A stretch of 63,303 nucleotides of DNA, counting the filler, from Octopus bimaculoides (taxonomy: Eukaryota): assembly GCF_001194135.2 (NCBI RefSeq). It is 7 parts of 7 records of this genome, joined end to end, with 100 filler letters (N's around TTAATTAATTAA, not from the genome) between each part and the next. Parts side by side here need not be neighbours in the genome. Positions count along the whole stretch, not along the records: positions 33,930 to 42,139 come from NW_026422785.1; positions 42,240 to 54,847 come from NC_068983.1; 5 more parts are not named here. One strand, written 5' to 3'. A model generated the notes under the pieces. The model searched no databases, had not been told where the DNA came from, and worked only from the letters and a program-made list of their open reading frames with translations. The position numbers were made by a program, and so were the translations under genes. Shown piece by piece: positions 36,022 to 47,850 of the stretch. The stretch's first letter is position 1; each line of letters starts with the position of its first letter.

Positions 36022-36789
36022 NNNNNNNNNNNNNNNNNNNNNNNNNNNNNNNNNNNNNNNNNNNNNNNNNNNNNNNNNNNNNNNNNNNNNNNNNNNNNNN
36101 NNNNNNNNNNNNNNNNNNNNNNNNNNNNNNNNNNNNNNNNNNNNNNNNNNNNNNNNNNNNNNNNNNNNNNNNNNNNNNNNNNNNNNNNNNNNNNNNNNNN
36201 NNNNNNNNNNNNNNNNNNNNNNNNNNNNNNNNNNNNNNNNNNNNNNNNNNNNNNNNNNNNNNNNNNNNNNNNNNNNNNNNNNNNNNNNNNNNNNNNNNNN
36301 NNNNNNNNNNNNNNNNNNNNNNNNNNNNNNNNNNNNNNNNNNNNNNNNNNNNNNNNNNNNNNNNNNNNNNNNNNNNNNNNNNNNNNNNNNNNNNNNNNNN
36401 NNNNNNNNNNNNNNNNNNNNNNNNNGACGTGAAGTGTGTATGTCTTGAACGCTGTGAAGCACGTACAGCAGGGGCAAAGAAGTACATGCGAGCTTGGTGA
36501 TTCCAAGAACGAAAAGAAATAGCAGCCGGACACACGTGACCAAGGCTGTGTGAAGAGAAAGAGTAGCAGAGGGAAAAGGAGGGGAGGAAGTAGAATAAAA
36601 GTGAGCAACGAGAGGTAGAGAGAGAGTGAGAGAGAGATAGTAGTAGTAACGGTGAGAGGCGGATGACGAGTAACAAGAGATAGAGAGAGAGAGAGAGAGA
36701 GAAGTAGTGACAGGTAGAGGCGAAGAACAGTAGAGGGAAGAATGAGAGGGGGAGATAGAAATAGAGAGAGTCGCGTTAGAAAAATAGTT

Positions 36790-36935
36790 AAAACTTACTG
36801 TCTACCAAATCCTTTTACAAGGCTTTGGTAAGCCCGAAGCTATAATAGAAGACACTTGCCCAAGGTGCCACGCAGTGAGACTAAAACTAGAACCATGTGG
36901 TTGGCAAGCAAGCTTCTTACCACACAGCGACACCT
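36790..36935 (-). mobile_element. SINE family B head
   Basis: caaggctttggt..gaagacacttgcccaaggtgccacgcagtg..aaccatgtggttgg..gcttcttaccacacagc. Confidence 0.85.
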
Positions 36936-36959
36936 CCAAACGCATACACACACACATAC

Positions 36960-38381
36960 ATTCTGCTAATAGTGTGCGTGTATGTACAGGCCTTTTTCTT
37001 GATCCCCCTTAAAATTAATATTTTTCATCCGATTTTGTCCACGCTGCGAACATACATCACTCATGTTCCAGAGATGGTCATAGACTCTGCCACATTTCGA
37101 CATGATGAATAATGCCGCCCCTAGGGAACGAAAACACCTTCTCAAAGGTTACGAACTAATACCAACGATCGTTGCTTCAAGGGACATTACTCTTGATGAT
37201 GTAGTTATTCTACTTTCACTTCGCCTTTTACTACAGTTTTTACAATGTCCATTCGCTGAAGACTGCCCATATTTGCACATTTGCACCTCTTTCAGGTAGC
37301 CATGTAATTTTTATCAACTTTTAATTAATATTTTAAATACGTTAAGACAATGTTTAACCAGAATGCCCTAAGGTTCAAACATCTCAACCATTCAGATAAC
37401 CTTGCAATGCCTCCTAGGAGAAAGAGAGCTCGCATTGGCAGACTGTCCCACACTGCCGTCAAAGCCAGAAGATATGGGGATAACGAAGCTCAAGACCAGA
37501 GGTCCCACACCATAGACTGTCACAGCAGGCTGCCAACGATGCCGCTGCCCGTGCAGTACACGTACCTGCAACTTCTGCAATTGTTAAGCCTTCAAAGTCT
37601 GAAGAAGAGCTTGTGGCCCGCCGAGCCTCTTATGCTGCAACTGTTGCTGCCGCCAGGGCTACCGAGTCACCTCAACAACGGGCTACTGAGTCACCTCAAC
37701 AGCGGGCTACGAGTCACCTCAACAACGGGCCATCCCGTTGGCACGTCTTGCCAAAACTGCTTCAGCTGCAACGGCTGCAGACTCTCCACAACAGCGCACA
37801 GCCCGAAAGGAGCGTAATGCTGAAACTACTGCTGCTGCACGGGCTGCAGAGTCACCAGCACAGTGTACAAATCGTCAGGCTTTGAATGCTGTTTTACTCT
37901 CCACTGCAAGGGCTTCAGAAATGGATGAACAAAGGACAAAGCAACTTCAAACCAATACAAACTTGAAAGCTCTGCGTAGAGGGCACATCAAAGCCATCGG
38001 TCAGTCGGTGGGCTTTTTATCATATATAAATTTCATTGAAAGAAGCTTCAATGTGGTTGTGACAGTCATTACGAATAAAATGACTACATGCTACGAAACG
38101 CTTCGCATAAGATATAGGATCCCTAATGCCTACTGAAATTGCGATTTTATTTCATGGACTTTCATTTATTACTAACTGCCAAATTTGTGTACAAAAAACT
38201 TTATTCATTACCTGGGTTGCTTAATATCATATAATAAACTGCTAACGAAATTGGTAATTATACATTTTACGTTTATCAACTTGAAACGACTTCTAACTGC
38301 GTGCTAATTCAACTTAAACCGTCCAAAGGAGTGCGCCATTATAATAAATAACACCGTCCAAAGGACGGGTGCGTTTGCTAG
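36960..38381 (+). mobile_element. Internally deleted Helitron derivative
   Basis: Frameshifted N-terminal MPPRRKRARIGRLS..ARATESPQQR..(A/E/Q/R-rich repeats) typical of RepHel N-termini; 3' hairpin ccgtcc-aaa-ggacgg (38354-38368) then CTAG (38378-38381). 5' boundary approximate. Confidence 0.7.
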
Positions 38382-38409
38382 AATATATATGTGTGTGTGT
38401 ACACTCACT

Positions 38410-38440
<31 letters not shown>

Positions 38441-38452
38441 GCACGCGCACAC

Positions 38453-38489
<37 letters not shown>

Positions 38490-38999
38490 TACCTTACTGG
38501 ATTTGGTTTCGTCTCATTACGTATACAAACTGTGTAAATGCAAACACATTCACACACGCCCTTAATTATACATTGTGGTACGTATTTGGATATGGACTCT
38601 CCTTTAAGAAGTACCGTTTACCTTTCATCTATCTGGGGCCGATACAAAATATACATAAGTACCAATCTAGAAGTAGATACTCCGCTATAATCAAGTATAA
38701 CACATCATAGTGTTGCTCAATCATGGCGACTGCTTCACAGCTAAATGTAGTGAAAGAATAGAAGAATTACGGAATAGTTTGAATAAAAGAACGGAAAGTT
38801 AATAATAAGCAAAGTATTGGCTTACAGGGGAATTTTTGATGGGTTTCTGTTCAGGGAAATGGGGGAGATTTTATTTGCTGTCAGCAGTAAAGAATTTGGG
38901 GGTGGAGTCATTAGTTCTGTGTTTCTTTTGAGAATAATTCTATTTTTGTATTAAGGTTAGTGTTAGTATAATTAGCGTATGGAAGTATTTTAACTAGGC

Positions 39000-39060
39000 T
39001 AGAGACAGACAGACATACAAACAGACAGATAGATAGATAGATAGACAGATAAAAGGGTAA

Positions 39061-39105
<45 letters not shown>

Positions 39106-39140
39106 AGGGCGAATAGATAGGTAGATAGATAAAAAGCTGG
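39000..39140. repeat. (TAGA)n microsatellite
   Basis: Direct repeat. Confidence 0.9.
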
Positions 39141-39689
39141 ATAAGTAGGTAGATAGATAAATGATGTGTAAGTTATAGACACAGATGGATATGTAGGATA
39201 TAGATAGGTGGGTGTATAGACAGAAAGAAAGATAGATATGTAGGATATGGGTATAAATAGGTCGGTAAATGGCTAGATAAACTGCCCTGATAAATAGACT
39301 GACAGACAAGTTTGTTTTAGCATTTTTGATGCAGAAAATTTAATAGTTAACACAAAATAATTGTGGTGAAACAGTTTGATGTATAGATAAATGGAAAGAT
39401 ATTAACGTATTAATACATGAAACATGTAAAAGCTATCTAGAAATAATTCTGCACTGACGAAAAACAAAATGGCGTTAGTCCAATGGCTAACACTATTTCA
39501 GTTATTACGGAAAGTAGGAAAGGCAATTCCAGAAACATTTCCGTCTTATTATGGGCTCGTTAGCAAACTATAGCTTTTACTTATGCGTTCATTACTCTTC
39601 ACTCTGGATAACCTTTGCCAGTTCTGGACTGCGACCTACGAGCAATGCTCAAGAATTGGCTTTTTCGTGCGCACCAGTATTAATGGCTT

Positions 39690-40380
39690 CTAATTTAAAC
39701 ACAAGGCCGCCAGTTGTAACTGTTGGAGATTAGTTGATGCTATGGAACCCAGTTCTTGGTCGGTACTTTGTTTTTATTGACTCCAAAGAGACGAAAGTCA
39801 AAGTTGCCCTCGGTGGAATTGGAACTCAGAATGTAAAGCGCTGAATATATACCACTAGTCCAAAATTAACGAAATCACAAAGATATGGTGAAAGAACAAC
39901 AAACATGGCGTATGAAGTTGACGTTCAGGAAAAATGGAAGAAGATTTTGATGTTTCGAGCCTACGCTCTTCTTCAGAAAGGACAGATGAGGAGAGAGAAA
40001 AGATGGAGGAGGAAAAAGAAGTGTCTGACGTGTTTTCTCTAACATAGGTACAAGGCCAGAAATTTTAGGAAAGAAAGTTAGTTGAGTACAACGACCCCAG
40101 TAATTAACTGGTACTTTATTTTATCGACTCCAAAAAGGTAAGCAGTAAAGTTAGCCATATCTGAATTCGAACTCAGAATATAAGTGATATAAAATGTCGC
40201 AAGGTTGTTTTGGCCGATGCTCTAACGATTCTACCAATCCATCACCTAATTGCTGACATAAAAACCAATAATTTTGAGGGGAGAGGCAAGTTGATTATTT
40301 CGACCCCAGTACCTGACTGGCACTTTGTTTTATCCACCCCGAAAGGATGAAGGACAGAGTTGACCACGATAACAGTTGCT
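39690..40380 (-). mobile_element. Cluster of decayed family A SINEs
   Basis: Three partial copies with gacccagt..tactt..gaaaggatgaa..gaactcagaa blocks. Confidence 0.65.
39945..39980 (-). ncRNA. Minimal hammerhead ribozyme-like motif (one core-stem substitution)
   Basis: Minus strand ttt-CTGAAGA-a-GAGC-gtag-GCTC-GAAA-c-atc-aaa; stem III would need g at the a position. Confidence 0.5.
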
Positions 40381-40699
40381 TAGCTAGCGTGGTGCTGTCA
40401 GTAGGGGCAGTCCATCTTTCGCGGCACATTTATGGGGGCAGCACATTTGGGTCGGATGTATAAGAGTGCATAGGTTTGGGGTCCCGGGAGGCGGCAAACG
40501 TAAGACTGTATCGAGCGGCAGACACGCTTAACCAACTTGAACTCAGAACGTAAAGGGCCGGAAGAAATGCCGCTGAGCATTTTGTCCGATTTGCTAATGA
40601 TTCGACCAGTTCCCCACGTTGATAAAAACCTACAAATAACGATTCGCGATTCTATTAACCCCAGGTCTTGATGGATACTTTGAATTATCGGCAGTTATA

Positions 40700-40855
40700 G
40701 GCGCAGGAGTGGCTGTGTGGTAAGTAGCTTGCTTACCAACCACATGGTTCTGGGTTCAGTCCCACTGCGTGGCACCTTGGGCAAGTGTCTTCTACTATAG
40801 CCTCGGGCCGACCAAAGCCTTGTGAGTGGATTTGGTAGACGGAAACTGAAAGAAG
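40700..40855 (+). mobile_element. SINE family B head, well conserved
   Basis: ggcgcaggagtggctgtgtggtaagtagcttgcttaccaaccacatggttctgggttcagtcccactgcgtggcaccttgggcaagtg. Confidence 0.92.
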
Positions 40856-41569
40856 NNNNNNNNNNNNNNNNNNNNNNNNNNNNNNNNNNNNNNNNNNNNN
40901 NNNNNNNNNNNNNNNNNNNNNNNNNNNNNNNNNNNNNNNNNNNNNNNNNNNNNNNNNNNNNNNNNNNNNNNNNNNNNNNNNNNNNNNNNNNNNNNNNNNN
41001 NNNNNNNNNNNNNNNNNNNNNNNNNNNNNNNNNNNNNNNNNNNNNNNNNNNNNNNNNNNNNNNNNNNNNNNNNNNNNNNNNNNNNNNNNNNNNNNNNNNN
41101 NNNNNNNNNNNNNNNNNNNNNNNNNNNNNNNNNNNNNNNNNNNNNNNNNNNNNNNNNNNNNNNNNNNNNNNNNNNNNNNNNNNNNNNNNNNNNNNNNNNN
41201 NNNNNNNNNNNNNNNNNNNNNNNNNNNNNNNNNNNNNNNNNNNNNNNNNNNNNNNNNNNNNNNNNNNNNNNNNNNNNNNNNNNNNNNNNNNNNNNNNNNN
41301 NNNNNNNNNNNNNNNNNNNNNNNNNNNNNNNNNNNNNNNNNNNNNNNNNNNNNNNNNNNNNNNNNNNNNNNNNNNNNNNNNNNNNNNNNNNNNNNNNNNN
41401 NNNNNNNNNNNNNNNNNNNNNNNNNNNNNNNNNNNNNNNNNNNNNNNNNNNNNNNNNNNNNNNNNNNNNNNNNNGAATTGAAATCAAAACCTAAAAGTTT
41501 GTAACTAAACACCAAGGCAAACCCTGATTTTACCATCAGATAATATTAATAAATAGCTGTAAAGCATTA

Positions 41570-41900
41570 CGTGAATTTCACGCCAGCGTTTCTTGTGTAA
41601 CGTCTGCTTTATTCAATGGAATTCCAAGAGGGCCTCCGCCTTCGCACTTTTCCCTCTTACTACACATTCCCCGCCCCCTCCTCCCAAAACGCCGGCAGTG
41701 ATATCAACACCATCAACAGCAGAGGCAGCAGCAGGAGTAATATCAACAACAGCAGCAGCCGCTAGCTTGCTGCTGCTGCTGCTGTTATCTGACTTGTCTA
41801 GCTTACAGTGAAAGTGGGGAGTTTGGGATGGGAGGAAGAAATCGGATTCCTTTCAGTGGCGGAAACAAAAGAAACAGAGAAAACTTAGACAATGTATTGG
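41570..41900. promoter_or_regulatory. GC/CpG-enriched island with a GC box and CAG/CTG runs (possible promoter/5' exon or terminal exon)
   Basis: ccccgcccc at 41669-41677, several CpGs, not a recognisable repeat; open frames of about 70 codons on both strands. Confidence 0.3.
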
Positions 41901-42094
41901 TGTACAGTTTGTGTGTGTGTGCTTCTGACGTGTGGGGAGAGGAGGGGATGACAGCCAGTCAACCTTAGTCCTTGTTAATTAGTCTGTTGAGTATAGAGTG
42001 ATGTGTGTAATAGATACTCTAGTTACATACATACACGTATATAATTGTATACATACCTCTACATACGTCAATGCATAAATACTCACACACAATT

Positions 42095-42139
<45 letters not shown>

Positions 42140-42239
42140 NNNNNNNNNNNNNNNNNNNNNNNNNNNNNNNNNNNNNNNNNNNNTTAATTAATTAANNNNN
42201 NNNNNNNNNNNNNNNNNNNNNNNNNNNNNNNNNNNNNNN
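42140..42239. other. Artificial contig-join spacer
   Basis: 44 N + TTAATTAATTAA (42184-42195) + 44 N. Confidence 0.95.
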
Positions 42240-42381
42240 TATTTCGGCCAGAGTTCTTTCGTCACACTTCTGTGACCTCAATGGCTGATAGTTAGCAAGG
42301 TGAGACACACATAAGAAAGAAGGAAACAAAGGACCACTGATGAGGTCACAGAAGTGTGACGAAAGAACTCTGGCCGAAATA
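42240..42381. repeat. Perfect 41-bp inverted repeat with a 60-nt spacer
   Basis: 42240-42280 is the exact reverse complement of 42341-42381. Confidence 0.95.
42331..42375 (+). ncRNA. Type I minimal hammerhead ribozyme
   Basis: GGaCCA-CTGATGA-g-GTCACA-gaag-TGTGAC-GAAA-G-aa-CTC^-TGGCC: all core nucleotides present, 6-bp stem II, 2-bp stem III, stem I CCA/TGG plus GG/CC; predicted cleavage after 42370. Confidence 0.7.
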
Positions 42382-42497
42382 AGATTAAGATTAAGATTAA
42401 TGTAATATAAAGCTGAAAAAAAAAAAAAAAAATTAACACCAAATATACAGTGCGTGTGTTTTTATTGGCTAAACTGGCAATATGACCATCCCCAAGT

Positions 42498-42536
<39 letters not shown>

Positions 42537-43272
42537 AGGGAGTTCTACATTGATCAGATAATGTTTATTCATTGGATAACATAAAACCATATATGTTAAA
42601 TATTAAATATTCTCATCATGATAAATACATGCACGCTGTTACATGTATTTTCATTCATATACATGTAAATGCATACACACACATAAATGTTAGTGTGTGT
42701 CTATATATATGCACATATTTATATAAGTATATACATACGCACATGTTTATGTCTATATGTATATAATATATATTTATACATATATAACAGATTCACATAT
42801 GTATCTATTTACATATTAATTTATATACACACATGTAAACACACTTACACAGTCATACACAAGCACACATACACACACATATAAACAAAATTCATTTAAA
42901 TTGGCACATATAATAATTGAACCAAATTAGATTGATAAATCACAAAGAACTAAACATTAGACATGTCAAATATTAGTTTTATCTAATTGAAAATATTTAT
43001 TTTCATTATTTCAAACTTCCTTATTCAATTCTGTATTCAAATAACTATGGCAAACAGTTGAATGATTTTTCCAGCTACATCTTTTCAAAATAGATTTAGA
43101 AATACATATACATATTGCTTTTTAAATATTTTTATTAAAGCAAAGCATTAAGAACTTTTTGGCATATTTTATATGCACATATATTATGTGTGTACATGTG
43201 TATTGAAAATATGTACACACACACACATACACACATACGTACATATGTATATATACAGATATATATATATAT

Positions 43273-43343
<71 letters not shown>

Positions 43344-43671
43344 TATAAATATATATATACATATCATTATATATGTATGTGTGAATATAGATATAAGAAT
43401 ATATGCATCTATATATACCGGTATATATATTTGTATAGAAAGGTATGCTTATATGTATATGTGTATATATGTGTGTGTGTGTGCATTTGTGTATGTATGT
43501 ATGTATGTATATATATGTATGTGTGTGTATATGTAGATATAAGAATATATGCATGTACGGGTATATGTCCATATATATTTGTATAGATAAGCATACTTAT
43601 ATACGTATATGTATATGCATATGTATATATATATATGTATGAGTGTGTATGTGTGTGTGTGTGTGTTTATG

Positions 43672-43722
<51 letters not shown>

Positions 43723-44141
43723 GCATTCATAAATACAAATATATTCATATGTGTGTCTGTGTGTGTGTGTATTGGAAAGTGAATTGACATGGGTCAAGTA
43801 GAAGGAACTCAAAAGAAAATATTCTATTTTATATCATTTAATACAGTTTTTAGCATTTTTCAAGTTGCTCCTCACAGTTTCACTCACTGAATAGCATAAT
43901 GATTTTCAGATTTATCCAAGCATACCTTTATGTTTTCATTTCATACGAGACCTTGCTAGTTACACGGAGATCTGATACTGATGTAAGATGTAAATGTATT
44001 CATATGCTTAATGATTTGTTTGGAGCATCATAATTCTGAACATTATGTTGTTGCTTGATAGACAAAATTCTGAGTAGCAAATGTGACCACTCTGAAAACT
44101 GTATTAAGTAATAAATTTCTTATACAATCATATATATCTAT

Positions 44142-44193
<52 letters not shown>

Positions 44194-44204
44194 GTATACG
44201 AGTC

Positions 44205-44500
44205 AGGGAGGTATCTTAGTGGTTAGTGTATTGCACACATGACTGCTAGATCATGAATTTACTTCCTGAATGAGACAGTTTGTTGTGTTCTTAAGTAAAC
44301 CACTTTATTTCTCGTTGCTCTGTGATCATTTCAACATTTTTGATGTGTGGCACACTTATGCACCTGTACAGACAATGTTGATTTGATGGAGGGAGCGAGC
44401 TTATCTCAACACAAATATTTGATCACTACAGATAAACCATTTGCGTGGGTCTTCATAAAAAAATTCCAGAACACTCATCCATCATCTAACAACAAGTCCA
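44205..44500 (+). mobile_element. SINE family C, CpG-decayed
   Basis: ggaggtatcttagtggttagtg..ttgttgtgttcttaagtaaaccacttt..gatttgatggagggagcgagc. Confidence 0.7.
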
Positions 44501-44879
44501 TAATATATATCTACATATATACATGTGTGTGTATCTATATACACACACACACACTCACATATATACACACTAATGCAGATGGAATCAAGCAGATTTTGGC
44601 AAAACAGATTATTCTGGAAAGTATTCCAGGTAATTCAACTGGTCAATTCAGCAGTTTATACAACAATATGAATTTACATAATGTTATCAAATATGTTATG
44701 TAATGGACTCATACATATGAATAAACCATGCTATTGCAATGTGTGTAGTGATGTTTGGAACTATCCATTTATTTTGGCTTACTACATGTGTGCCTGCATG
44801 TGTGTGCATGCATATGTGTGCATGCATGTGTGTGCATGTGTGTGCATGTGTGTGTACACTAGATGAAATTTAGTTTTGT

Positions 44880-46275
44880 GCCATTGAAAAGCACTACTGA
44901 TGCTGTAGGGGAAGCATTTAGGTAAAAAATGAACCTCTGTGTTTATTGATATGGAGAAAGCCTTTGATAGGGTCACCCACTCCCTCATATGGTGATCAAT
45001 GTGGAGGATAGGAATTGATGACTGCCATGCAAGTTTTGTACAGAGATGCTGTCAGGTGAAAGTCAACAATGAATAGCACAAAGAATTTAGTGAATAGATG
45101 AGAGTTCTCCAGGCCATAAGAGAGGAATTTTATGCTGCATGCGTTTGGGAGCTCCTCTATACTGATGACCTTATTCTTATATCTGAATTCATGTAAGAAT
45201 TAGAGAAGAAATTTCAGATGTGGAAGTAATGTCTGGAAGCAAAAACCGAAGTCCTGATATGTAGGAAAGCAGACAAATTACTAATCCCTTCAGGGAGTTG
45301 GCCCTGCACAATGTATAGAAAAGGTATAGGTAGAAATTTTATATGGTGTGCCAAGTGCAAGATATGGACATATGAGAAGTGCAGTGGTGTCACAGGGAGG
45401 TTAAAAGAGAAAGTAGTCTTTGTGTATGGCAGATGTGCAGGAGTACATAGAATGTAGAGGAAATAAACTTCCTCAAATACCTGGGTGTATCTTCAGAAGT
45501 AGTAGATAGCTTCTGTTACCTAGGCCAGTGCTCCACAATAGGTATGCTGCAGTACACTGGTGTCCCACGAGATGGAGCTAGATGTTCCACAGTGCAACCT
45601 GAATATAATTTTTCTCCTATACTTTCAGTTATATTTTCAGTCCAGGTGTGCTGCCAAATTTTGAAAAGAATATAAGTGTACCACAAGTGAAAATAGACTG
45701 CAGAGAACTCAACTGGGCAACCATGTTAACAGTGGAGGAGAATTCTCTGAAATCGGGATTGTTTTAATAAGAACATGCTGGGCAAAGTTCAGAGAGCGAC
45801 TACCTTTGTTGGTAACAAAGAGCCTCTCCCATAGAGTGAAAGGCAGATTGTATGATGCCTGTGTTCAAACAGCTATACTACATGACAGTGAAACATAGAC
45901 TGTGATTGCAGAAGACGTGTGAAGGCTTGAAAGAAATGAAGCCAGCATACCCTGCTGGATGGATAATGTCTATGTGCATGTATAACAGGGTGTAAATGTT
46001 TTAAGAGAAAAATTGGGTATAAGAGGAATCAGTTGTAATGTGCAAGAGAGAAGACTTTGCTGGTATGGTTATGTAATACATATGGATGAGGACAGCTGCA
46101 TAAGGAAATGCTAATCTCCTACTTTGGAGGGAACCTGTGAAAGAGGTTTACCATGGAAGATGTGGGATGTCGTGGTGAGAGACAATTTTCATATGTTGAG
46201 CTTCACAGAGGAGATGACAAAGGACCAAGGCAATTGAAAACTTGTGCTTGAGAAGCCACATCAAGCTAAGTAAAA
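44880..46275 (+). mobile_element. RTE-clade LINE, decayed RT region to 3' end
   Basis: FIDMEKAFDRV, ELLYTDDLILI (YADD-like), CYLG.., KGRLYDACVQTAILHDSET*TV, RRLCWYGYV..MDED; many stops. Confidence 0.85.
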
Positions 46276-46739
46276 CCATGGCAGGCTATGCTCGACCTCA
46301 TGCACACACACAATCTATCCTCTGGCAAGACTGCTCAGCAACCCATCTTGCCTACATCCATTCTGCCACCCATGACCACTACCCACTACCTACTGCAGAC
46401 CCCTCTGTTCTCCCTCATGTGCCTATCCACACACACTCCATGCCCTTACATCATATCTACCATATCCCACTACTAGCCACTCCAATTTCTCTTACCATCA
46501 CTCGTTACAGTTACCTCTTCCTCATCTCTAAGAATCTCCCTTCACACTCTTATGGAATATACCTCTCTATCCCCCTGTGCCACTTATACCTCCACCACCA
46601 CTGCTACCCAAAAGTAAGTCCATGAAACATTGCCAACACCATCTACACGTATCTCTCTCTCTCTCTCTCTCACTCTTAATGTCTCTCTCTTTCTCTCTAA
46701 CTTAATCTCACCTTCCTCTCCCTTCTTTTCCTACATGGC

Positions 46740-46870
46740 TTAGAAAACCTGAAAGACCACTGCAAAAAATATGTGAATCTGAGACGGAAATATATTGGAT
46801 AAAATCATAATTAACTGATCCCACTACATTTCCTTTTACCCAAAGCCAGAAACTTTTCAGCACCCGTCAT
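46740..46870 (+). mobile_element. Mariner right end
   Basis: LENLKDHCKKYVNLRRKYIG* followed by TIR-like cagaaacttttcagcaccc. Confidence 0.55.
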
Positions 46871-47203
46871 ATTATTACTATTGCTTTACTACACCAGAAC
46901 TGATTCTTTTTCATACTGAAATTTACTTAGGAGTATACCCAAAGGTTTTATCTATCATTGTGTTTGTAAACTGAGCATATCTGCTAAGCATATAAGATAG
47001 ACTAAATGCTTGTTAAGTTTATACAATCTCATTGGATACAATAAAACTGTCTAAAAAATGCTGCTTCAAATGCTCTTATAACTTTATGAGAATCTATCTA
47101 TCAACTTAAATGAATGTACTGAGTATTATATCAGAGATATCTTTTTGCACTATGTAAAAACATATATTTATTTAACAATTCCTACATTACCACACATACT
47201 CAG

Positions 47204-47266
<63 letters not shown>

Positions 47267-47439
47267 AACGCACTCACACACACACACACANNNNNNNNNN
47301 NNNNNNNNNNNNNNNNNNNNNNNNNNNNNNNNNNNNNNNNNNNNNNNNNNNNNNNNNNNNNNNNNNNNNNNNNNNNNNNNNNNNNNNNNNNNNNNNNNNN
47401 NNNNNNNNNNNNNNNNNNTATATATATATATATATATAT

Positions 47440-47850
47440 ATATGCAAGTGTTTACTATTATAGCCTAGGGCCAACCAAAGCCTTATGAGTGGATTTGGTA
47501 GACAGAAACTGAAAGAAGCCCATCACCGTTGCCAGTGCCACCTGACTGGCTCCGTGTGCCAGTGGAACATAAAAAGCACCATCCGAATGTGGTCGTTAAA
47601 TGATGATAATGATATATATGTGTGCGTGTATGTATGTGTGTGTATATGTTTCTGTGTCTGTGTTTGTCCCTGCAACATCGCTTGGCAATCGATGGTGGTA
47701 TGTTTACATCCCCGTAACTTAACAGCTTGGCAAAAGAGACTGATAGAATAGGTAATAGACTTACAAAGAATAAGTCCTGGGGTCAATTTGCTTGACTAAA
47801 GGCAGTATCCCATTATGGCTACTGTCAAACTACTGAAACAAGTAAAAGAG
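47440..47850 (+). mobile_element. SINE family B, CpG-decayed
   Basis: gcaagtgtttactattatagcc..gacagaaactgaaagaagccc..actgaaacaagtaaaagag. Confidence 0.8.
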
